Of a stretch of DNA of 64,000 bases, positions 27,226-38,100 are shown piece by piece. This DNA is from Geosiphon pyriformis uo1 (taxonomy: Eukaryota > Fungi > Glomeromycota): positions 372,705 to 436,704 of the forward strand of contig JAAOMT010000786.1 in the NCBI GenBank assembly GCA_016748015.1, read 5' to 3'. Made by a program: the position numbers and the translations under genes. The notes under the pieces are model-generated. The model was not told the DNA's origin, did no database searches, and saw only the letters and a program-made list of their open reading frames with translations. Each line of letters begins with the position of its first letter. Position 1 is the first letter of the stretch.

Positions 27226-27936
27226 CTAAATGATATCTCTAATTTCGTCTGGTAACATAACCTCCTCCTCAAAACTGAGCTTCCAAGTACTGTCTGTTAT
27301 TTCCAGATAATAATCCAAAATTATTGAAGAAATTTGGTCTGAAAATTGTTGAAATTTCAGTTCTGTGAGCTTTCCAATGTATTGAATCTTTAAAGGTTGA
27401 AAAATTGGGTTTTGTAGTATGTTTTCACAGGTGTGGAATAGGTCATAAAGTCTAAGAGCAGCTCTAAGCCTGTAGCAACTGTTTGTTGATCCAGCTGTTG
27501 TCTTGAATTCTTTGTGGAGTTGTTTCTGAATAGCTTCTTTTGTGAAGTTTGCTGTTGTAAGTTCCAGTTTCCATTTGTAGAGTGTTTTTCCAATGTGAAA
27601 ATATCTATAGATTGGAGAATATTCAGTGTTTTTTTCATTAAGACACAGTTGAAGTTTTTGTTAAATTGTAGCATTTGGTGGAATATTAATCAGAGTAAGC
27701 ATTAAGTTTTCTCTTAAAGCAAGCTTTAAAAGTTCTGGCAGGTGAATTCCAGTATAACTTCTTGTGTTCTTTTTATACGGGTGATATTTTCATGAATTTG
27801 GAGCTAAATTTGTAACTACTTCTGTTTGGGTATAATTTATGTGGTTTTCAGTAACAGTAATGGATAATTCGAGTATTGTTTTTAAAGCTAACATTAGTTT
27901 TTGGGATAATTGTTGAATGTTTTAAGGAATAGTCAT
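27226..27936 (-). pseudogene. ORF3 of family B Gypsy (unknown ~236 aa protein, 3 in-frame stops)
   Basis: Manual translation MTIP*NIQQLSQKLMLAL...IYRYFHIGKTLY...RLRAALRLYDLF...IQYIGKLTELKFQQFSDQISSIIL; homologous to family A ORF3. Confidence 0.75.
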
Positions 27937-28025
27937 TATAAGCAATTGAAATAAAAAAAATAAAAAATTATTTTTGGTGTATGGGTTTTTTATGTTATTT
28001 TTGTTTTGTTTTTGTGAGATTGTTT

Positions 28026-31000
28026 CTAAATTATACGAGAATAACTAGTAAAATTAAATTGAGTGTTCAGGTTGGAAGGTTGTTCAATGACAACTATTGG
28101 TTCTAAGTTTCGGGAAATATCTTTGGGACTGACCAAAGGAAAATGTATACCAATTTGTGGAATTAATGATTCAGGATTATTTCTGGAATGATAGTGTTTC
28201 AAACAATCTCCATGTGCAACTTTTGCTAGGATTTTGTCATCAAGTCTTAGCTTGTATGATTCATTGCCTAGAACTTCATGGGTAAAGAATAGTCTATCTC
28301 ATTTATTTTCAAATTTTTCACTCCTTTTTATTAGGTGGCCCCATCACTCTCTGTGGCAAGCCTTACAGTAATAACAAGTATGATTCTCATATTCTTTTTC
28401 AGGTGAAATGCAGACTCCCATTGATGATAGTTTCTTGTGGCAGTCCTTACATTTAAGGGGAATATAGGGGCATTGTTTTCTTGGTTCAGGTTTTGAGTAA
28501 GATATATTTTATCCAGAGGTTTCGGGTTTAGTGTATGGGGTAAAATGTTCTTGTTCTGTTTCATTGGCCCAGTTGGACATTGATCCAAGAGCCATGAATG
28601 TTTCGATTATTGGTTTTTTTTCTTCTGGTTCAAATTTAAAAGCCGGGGCTTTTTCAGAGCGTTTGTTGAATGTACCACAAATGGCAGGTATTCAGGCGTT
28701 TTGTTCTTGGTAGGAGATTGTTAACTCTTGTGTTTCCCAATTCAGATTAACATTGGCTTTTTGAAGCCAATCATTTTCAATGAGAGCTTGGTACTGGAGT
28801 GCGTCCATTATAAGAACTTTGACTGGAATGGTGATTCTATCAAGAGTGAATGGAAAATTGTCAATTTCTCCTACTGGGGTCTTTTTCATGCCATCAGTAG
28901 TGACGATTACTGTTTGAGCTGGTCGGTTAACATTTCTTTTCAACTGTTGTATTAACTGATAGGTGATAATGCTTCCAGCGGATTCACTGTCTAGGATCAA
29001 GCGAATTGGCTTTTTTTCTACTTCAGCTTCTGTGTACATTGCAGTGATGGCTTTTTGCTCATTAGCCGCTGTATTGCTAAGCAAGAATGGTGATTCATTT
29101 GTTTCAAATTCGAAAGGAAAGATATCAGAGAGATTGGCGTTTTCAGCAATTTGGGCTGGTGGAATAGTGGTGTGGTTATGAGAAGGGTTTTGTTGTTGTT
29201 GTGCTGTAGCTCTACCTTCCGAGAGTGCAATATGATAAAAATCCTGTTCTTCTGGCATTGTTAAATAACTGGGTTGAGTGTGGTAGTGGTTGGGTCTTGG
29301 TTGAGTGGTATTTCGGGGAACCAATTGGTTGTTTAAACTGATTCTACTGTTGTTTATTTGGTATCAGTTTTGTGGTGTGAATTGATTTTGTGTAATCAGT
29401 CTTCGAGCAGGTACTTGATAATGTTGTGTGGGTGGTTGTTGATATTGCTGTTGGATTGGTTGTGGGGCGGGCTGATAATAGTTATTTTGGTATTGGGGTC
29501 TTGGTAGATAGTAAACTGGTGGTGATGGTTGATAATAAGATTGCTGTGGTAGAGAGTAACATTGATTACCCCTATTTTGTTGGTCTTGTTGTAGCTTTCT
29601 ACAATCTCTTTTCCAGTGGCCAAAGATTCTACAGTAATGGCAATTCTGGGGCTGGTTATTGGAAAGTGGTGCAAAGTTATTTTGATTTCGTCTTTGGGGT
29701 GGTTGATATCTTTGTTGTTGTTGGTTGGTAAAATAGTTCTCAATCTTCTTTGTGAGTTGATCAATTTTTTCCTCAGCTGCTGAACTGGTTTCTTCAATTG
29801 CCAAATTTACAAGTTTTGTACAATTGGCCTCTTCCATGGCCATTTCGTATCTTTTCGCATGCTGTATGGCAGAGTTTAAATCTTCTGGTGCATGTGGGCG
29901 AACCTTTTTAATTAGTTTATCTTTTAGACCAGTGATAAATTGATCCAAGATTTGAGCATCGGAATAATAATCGTTTGTCTCGAGTTGGCAAATCTGTCTG
30001 AGAAGTTTGTTGAATTTCCCAATATAAGTCATAATGAATTTAGAGGGTTCTTGTTTGATGTTTCGAAAATGATTGCGAAGAGTAATGGAGGTATTATTGT
30101 CGGTAAACTGTTCAAGGAAGACTGCTTTGAAAGCATTCCAATCATTGAATGAGGCGGCCAGGTTTTCAAACCATTCTCCTGCTGTTCCTTTGAGAAAGTA
30201 TGGAATTGTTCTTAACATTCTGGTGGCATTCCATTCATTTGCATTTCTGGCTTCAGTAATTTGGTCGAGCCATTCTTGAGGACTGGTCTCAATGTCTTCT
30301 TCATTAAAGTCAGAGATTTTTGCAATGTATGTTGTCATTTCGTCTTCTTTGTTTTCACTGTCTATTGATTCTTTTTCAGTTATTTCAGAGTTGTTTTCTT
30401 CATTTGCTGCTGTCTCAGAGTGTTCACTTTAATTTTCAGCTAGAAAATCAAGGAGATTGGAACTAGTTTGAAGGAGTTCTTGTTGTCTGGTGGAACTTCT
30501 GAGTGATGTAAAATCTTCTGGTCTTGTAAATTGATTCAAGAGTGAATTAGGTGTTTGTGCTTATGCAAGTGAAGCTGGAAAAGGTGTGATAGTAAGTGGA
30601 AGTTTTGAGCTGGTTCTTTTTTCAGGTGTTTGTAGATGTTTAAATGATATTTTGGGAGTATTGGGTGTTGTATGAACAGGTTGGTTATCTTTTTGTCTTT
30701 TGTTGCTACTGGTTTCAGGTTCAGATTCGAGTTCAAAGACAAATTGTGCATTTGCAGGATATTTTTTTTCACAGAATCAAATGATATTATAATCGAGTTC
30801 CTCAAAATAAGTAGTGCAAGCTTCAGCACTAATGTTTTCTGATTCAGTGTTGGAATAGTGTAGTATGTTCTCAAGAAGATCTCTTTTAACTGTTGTAATG
30901 TTATAGTTCCCAAAGAGGTAGTCGTTGATTCGATTTTTGATATATTGAAAAAGTGTTTTCTTGAAAGCTATAATTCCATCACATATTTCAAATTGTTGTT

Positions 31001-31061
31001 TACAGTGTGTGTAAATCGATTGATAGTACTCTAAGGTTGTGATGTCTAAGGCAGTCACCAC
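28026..31061 (-). pseudogene. Single-frame gag-protease-ZnF fused to the integrase GPF tail
   Basis: ORF-track pieces share one frame: capsid-like region (PQEWLDQI...QFITGL), CHYCRIFGHWKRDC knuckle, protease LILDSES (DSG-type), CKDC...CKAC, then KFENK*DRLFFTHEVLGNESYKLRLDDKIL. Confidence 0.88.
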
Positions 31062-33381
31062 TTTGAATTTGTTGCTGTGTTATTTCCATGGGAGAGCACC
31101 AAATGTTACCAGAGGTTTTTGGTCTCTTTTCTGTAATGTTGTGGATACTTATTTGCTGTGAATTCACGTTTTCTGGGTGTGGTTGAACCTCCAATAACTG
31201 AATTTTTAACTTCAAATTATCTCCTATAATTTGAACTTGCTGGGCTTATGAGTGGAATGGCCAATTCCGTGCCAGTTGCTTTATGTAGTTACATTGTAGT
31301 AAACGTCAACTCTTTCCCAGGAATTGCTTGTCTGGAAGCTCACTAAAATGTGTAGTTACTTTGCTGTGAAAGTCAACTCTTCTACAGAAATCTCGTCTGT
31401 AGGCTACCCTAATGATTGTAATAAGAAAAGAAAAGAAAAATAAAAGAAATAAGATTTTTATCAAGAGAAACATTTTCTATCCAGGCCTGGAGTCACTAAC
31501 AGTTTACTGAAATTGGTAGCTAATCAATTTCGAAATGTTAGTTGGTTTTTTTTTTTGGGAATTTTCCAAGGGCAATAATTAAAGAATTTGGTTTTTCAAA
31601 TTATTTGGTATTTATTTTTTTTTGTGTATATAGAAATGTTTCTAAGTAATAAATCTAAAGTAAGATATATTTTCTCAAAGAGAGAAGCTCTTCTTTTATA
31701 CAACTTGTCATAACACTATTCTATGAACTTGAACTTTGCTATTTTCTACAATTTCGCTAAACTAAAGATACATTTCAGCGAACTACAAGTTATTTCAGCG
31801 AACTTATTAGATATTTCGGTAAACTATCAATTATTTTGGCAAATTTCTATCAATTTTGGCAAGCTTTTAAATGTTACATAGTTCAGGGTATTGCATGATT
31901 GATCATTGCAATTAGGTTACATTTGTGTTGTGTATAATTTGGGTTATTAATTAAATGATAATTTCAGGCATTCTTTGCTAATGTAATAAGAGATAATTTG
32001 AAATGATAATATATGCTAATTAATGATAGGAATTATAAGATAGTTTTATGCTAAATAATATTTTTAATTTCATCTGGTAACAATGCTTAATCTTATTTTT
32101 AAAATTAAATTGGTTTATTAAAGCTGTATTCTAATTTTTACATGGTTTTTTTTGGATTGAATTCAATCACAAAAAACAATATTAGACTTTTTTATATAAA
32201 GTTTGTATTTTAAGTCTTCTTAAATATTGTAGTACAAATTAAGTTTGTTTAAATTGCTTTTTTTTTTACTTTTAAGATTATAAAGTTTTTTGTAATTTTT
32301 GTGATTCTTTATTTTTTTGTTGTTAATTTTTATAATATTTTTTTGGTACTATTTTTAATAATATTAAAACTGTTTTGGATATTTTTTATAAAATTGGTTT
32401 TATTAAGTTAAAATCTATTGGTTTGAAATTTTATGTTATTATTTATTTTAAAAATTTTTTTGTTTTTAATATTGTTTTTTAAGATACTTTTAAAACCAAA
32501 TCAATTAATTTTTTCTTTAACTACATAGTTTTTAAAATTAACAAATTAATTTTTTATGTTTGTAATTATATTTTTTTTATTTTTTTTATTTTGTTTGACA
32601 ATTATAATATATTATTGTTATTTTTGGTTTTAAAAAAAACTTAAATATTGTAATTTTTAAAACTTATATTTTAAAAAAATATTATATTTAGTAAAAAAAA
32701 CTTTTAATTATTAATATTGCTTAAATATTAATATTTAAAATATTTAATTACAAATTGTAAAATATTTTTACTTATTTTTTTTAAGTTTTTATTCAAATTA
32801 TAAATAATTTTAAAATTATAAAAATTTTAAATTCTTAATATTAAGCTTAATATATAAAATACTATTAAGTAAATAAATAAAATAATTAATAATAATTGTA
32901 TTTTGGTTATTTTTATATACAAAATATTTGTGGATTTGTATGCTAGTATTTTTACTAAAACTAAATTTGATTAAACATTAAAAGTCAATTTTTTTATTGC
33001 TAAGACAATTAATTCTAGCACTTTTGTGATATTGGATAAAAATTTTAATAAAAATGATTTAAAGAAAAATATAAAAAAAATTATAACTTTTATTTTTGTG
33101 AATTAGAATTTGATATTTATAGTTACCAGTCATAGAATTAATATTGTATTTAATTTTTTTAATATCAATTACAAGACTGTCTTAGTTATAATTGGTTTAA
33201 GTAGTCTCTTGGATATTTGTTTTAATAATAATTGTAAACAGATTAATAAGAATAGATAGAAATTCAAAATTAAAAATACTAAAGTTGCTAAGTAGTTATA
33301 ATTTAATGAATATTTATTAAATAAGTTTTTGAATAAGACAGTTAAATTTAATAATATAAGAAATTATAATAATTTAGATAT

Positions 33382-34675
33382 TATTATAGGTGTTTTTTTC
33401 TTATATTTAGTAGTTATACTATGATTAATTTCTATAGCTTTTTAGATTAAGTAATAATATAGTGAATTATTTAATTTTAATATAAAGATAAGTATATTAG
33501 TCTCGATTAATATTGTTTTTAATTTATGCTAAATTTTCATTTAATATATTACTACTATTTTTTTATTTAAGAATCTGAAAATTAGTTCAATAAATTTTTC
33601 TAATTTCTTAACAAGTATTAGATAATTTTTTTTGGTAAATGTCTTTGTTATTGAATTTGGTATGTAATATAATGTTTTTGTTAAAATTGCTATTAGTAGT
33701 TACTACTACATTAATTTTTCAAAGTGAATTTTTGTTATATCTTTATATTTTTAATTGTGTTTTTTCTTAAAACTTTTGTAGAAATATTTTTTTTATCTTG
33801 TATTAATATCAAACATTTGTATTTTTTTATTTGTAATAAAGTAGTATTCTATTTTTAATAAATTCAAAGAGAATTAAATAAAAAAAATAGAATTCAACAA
33901 AATTAATATTTGTAAAATAATTTTGATCAGAAATTATTTTTTTAAAAAATATAAAGAGTTTATTCCAAATTTTTAAGTTGACTGTTAATTTTGGTCAAAA
34001 TATTATAAGTATTTTCTAAGTAATTTTATGTATTTAATATTTTTTTAATGTGTTTTTATTTTTGTTAAGCTTGGGTCTTATTCATGCTTTTGTTGGCATG
34101 TTAGATATTTTCACCATTGTTTTTTTTCAATAAAAAGATAATAGTGAAAAGAAAAGTAATAATTTTTTTAGTTATTTGCAAAAAACCAGATTATAAAAGA
34201 AAAAGATTTTTAATTTTACTAATATTAGTATTAATAAATAATACAAAGCTTAACAGACATACTGTTTAGTTTTTTTTGGAATTATAATTTAATTCTTTTA
34301 CTTTTTCTTTATTTTTATTTTGTTTAATTGACTTTTTGTTTTTTATTATTCTTTTTTTTTGTTTGTTTTTTTTCTAGTTAGAAAGTTATTATATATATAT
34401 ATGTTTTAAGTTATATATGATTATGCTTATTCTAACTGATTAGTAAATAATTGCTAAACTATTGGGTTTTTAGTTTGACTGTAAGTGCTTTTTGGCTCAT
34501 TTGTTTGTAATTGTATTAAATTAGATGCATTTGTATATGTTTTGCATATTATTATATATATATTATATTTTCTAATTTTATTTGTTAATTATGCTATTTA
34601 TACTGTTATTTAATAATTGGTTAATATATTATTATATTATTATTTTTGATTTTTGTTAATTTTTATTGGATAATA
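33382..34675 (-). mobile_element. Probable degenerate solo LTR (third family, loosely like family D) inserted in the LINE
   Basis: The LINE frame (...NNLD / I.EILKKII...) is interrupted by 1.3 kb with TATTA...TAATA termini (decayed TGTTA...TAACA); the TSD is not clean. Confidence 0.45.
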
Positions 34676-35159
34676 TAATATAAGAGATTTTAAAAAAAAT
34701 AATAGTAAGTTTTATTAATAAAGTGTTTTTTAAACTTTGGTTTAATAATTTTGAGTGTTCAAAAAATAAGCAATCATCTAAGTTTTCTAAGCTAGAACTG
34801 TTGGTGACCAAAATTGTAAAGAATTTAATTTCGAATTAAAGTTTAAAAACTAATTGTATTATTAGTACATAAACTGTTATTTAGAATTCCAATCAAATTG
34901 AATTAAACTGAACTTTAAGTGTTATTCAAGTTCAATATTGAATTTTTTTAACAAGTTTGAATTTGGTTTAAGTTTGGTTTAAAGTTTACAAACTTGTTCA
35001 AGTTTAATAGAATTAAAAAAAAATTTATACTATTTGTTCATCAATTATTACTTTGTTTAATTACTATAATCAGTTAAAAAAGTATATAAAATATATATAT
35101 AACAACTCTACTTTTCAACTTACCAAAATAAATTTATTGTTAGCATTATCTAATATTAT

Positions 35160-38100
35160 TGTTACAAGTAATTATTTGGAGCCTTAAAGCAAATAACAAA
35201 CCCATAACTTAGTACTTAATAGCTAATATGATGGTAATATCTGAAGGTTTTCATAATCTGAAGATTTTGGGTTTGAGTTCTTTGTATAATAGACAAAAAT
35301 TCAAAAGTTGTTTCAGTAGTCTTCTAGAATCACAATTCCATCAAATTTCTTTCTCAGCATGGTAGCCAGTAATTTTCTGGTAAGCTATTCTTAATTCTAT
35401 GAGTTTCTATTCTTGTTTCCAAGTTTTTTACCAGTCCTTTAACATCAACAATTCAGTACTTAATTTTTATTCAATTTAATAAACAACAAACAAAAAATAC
35501 AAAAGAAAAATAAAAAAAATAAAAAAAATTAAAGAAATTAAGCCAAGGCAAGTTAGTATTTTGTTAATAGCCATAATCAAGAGCTATTGTTTTAGTATAG
35601 TCAAGTATGAGTTATTATTAACATGAAATATTAATAGTAGACAATTGAATTGATATAATCAATAAGTATATTTATTGATAGTATGAATGTATGGATGCTA
35701 ACTAGGAAGTAGAATTCAGATCTCTATCTTTTTTGCTTCTAATATTACCACTATATATACATAATTAAAATTTCTTAATTTCTCAATTTTTTACACCAGA
35801 AATCCTAAAATTCTTAGAATCCTGCAATTTCTCAAGAGGAATCCTAAAATTCTAGAATTCTGCAATTCTTTATATGAAAATTCTGTAATTCTGGAATCTT
35901 ACAATTTCTTTGAGAGAAATTCTGAAATTCCTTATTTACTATATCTACTTCTGATTGGCTAATTTATATATTAATATAATTCCTATATTTTATGAATAAT
36001 ATTATTCTCTTCTTTTGAGCTCTGTCGAGATTTCTTAATTTTTCTAATTCTCCAAATTGAATTATATCTTGGACTTCTTTTTCAAAAATTATTTGTGTTA
36101 TTTTAATCTGTAATTCCTCAAATTAGGCTTTGATCATCTTATCTATTTGATTAATGGTAACTGTATCTATTTTTGAATCAAATAGTATTTCTGGTTGGTC
36201 TTAAAATCTAGCTTGTAATCAATATATTGCTCATGCTTATGTGGTTAGATTGTTTTTTCCCACAAATTGTTCAAGTTGTTATAGTATTTTTGTATCAAAT
36301 AATTACTTTGTTTTATCTGTATATAAGTTTTGAATATTCAGATATTGTTCTAAGTAAAAATAACAAAAGTTTCTTGGAAATTGTTGTATCCACCAGTTCT
36401 AAGTTTCTTTGGTTAATTTTTGATATGGTACAGTTTTTGTTTGTACTTCTATTGCTATTTTTACTTTTAGAATTATCTTGTTAATAATGTTTTCTGGTTT
36501 TTTCTGTACTACATATTGGAGTTTTTTCTTTGTATCTTTATATTGAATAGTTTGTTAGTTAATTGTAATTTCCATATTTTATTGTTGAATTAGTTGGAAG
36601 AGTTGTTGTGTCAGTGTATATATATTGTCAGTGATTTCTATTTTTTCTGGTATTTTTTGTCACATGCTAATTTTTTAAATAGAGTTTTGATGTCTCAATT
36701 TAACATATTCATGTTAATAATTATTATTAGTTCTAGATTTTATGGAATCTCTTCTGGTTGAACTAGTATTCTCTGTACTCTCAATTGTAGAATATTATTG
36801 GTCAATGATAATATTATACTATAGTATAATTTTAATTAATTACTATGTGCTGTTTTAACTAAGATTTTGTTGTTCTATCTTAATTTATAAGTTTTATTTC
36901 CTAGAATTTTTTCTATGTGAAATGGTTCATTCCATTTGGGATCAAATTTTCCACTTTATTGTTTTTCTACTTTGGTATGATGTAAAAGTACTTTGTCTCC
37001 AATTCTAAATTCGACTGGTTTATCTGGTAGTTGGTTATCATGTCTTTCTTTTTGTGACTTTTGAATATTATCAGCTACTCTTCACTATTTGTTTTCTAGT
37101 GTTTTCATCAAGTTATATGTTCTTCTCAACAATGTTTCTTGGAAATTTTCTTCTGTTATTGGTTCTGTTGGATATGTTTTAACTTCTATTTTGACTGGTA
37201 CTGTTGTTGTTCTATTATATATTAATTCAAATAATGTAGTTTGTGTAGTGTCTTGCTTTATTGTCCAATAAGCAAATAATACTGATAATATAAACAAATT
37301 CCATTCATTCTGGTTTTTTTGACTGATCTTGGCTATTGCTTCACATAATATTCTATTGAATCTTTTAATTAAGCCATTAGTTTATAAATGATATGGTAAT
37401 GACAATGGTCTTTTAATTCCAAATCTTTGACTTAATTCTGCTAATGTTCTGTTTACAAAGTGAATTTTTTGATCAGATAACAATTTTTTTGAACATTTAT
37501 GTTAACAGATTAAATCTTAATAAACAAATTTGGCAATGGATTCTGCATCCACTTTTTGAATTGCTTTTGCTTTTGGCCATTTAGTAAGATAATTCATGAC
37601 TGCTGTAATATATCTATTTTTTCTGCTGGTTATTGTTAATGATCCAACTAAGTCAATTCTAATTCGATTAAATGGTTGTTCTACTTTGATTGGTCTCAAT
37701 GGTTCATTAGATTTTGTTCTTTCTCTCTTCTGACAAGCATTACAACTTTGGACATATTGGATAATATTTGGATACATTGATGGTTAATAATATTTTTTTT
37801 TGGTTTTTTCTATGGTTGCTTTTTTATGAAAATGTCCTGTTATCAGATCTGAGTGTATATTGTATAGTATTGTTTTTTTTTCTGCTTCTGTGATTATTCT
37901 AAGTAATTGATCTGAATTCTTTCTGTTTTTCTGATATAATATATTCTGGTAAGTAATAAAATGTTTGGATTGTTGTTTTATGTTGTTTTGTTCTTTTTGA
38001 GATAATTTTTTCTAAAACTATTGAGTATTAATATAATATTAAAGTTGTTAATATTTTTGTGTATTTATTTTTTGTTATATTTTTGGGTTGAAATGTTCTT

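Larger units (their letters stand above)
26267..32082 (-). mobile_element. Non-autonomous Ty3/Gypsy element, family B (Gag, PR, ZnF, IN C-terminus, ORF3; no RT/RH/IN core)
   Basis: LTRs 26267-27257 and 31104-32082 (TGTTACC...GGTAACA); TSD ATGC on both sides; PBS TGGTGCTCTCC at ~31091-31101; PPT GAGGAGGAGG at 27261-27270. Confidence 0.93.
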
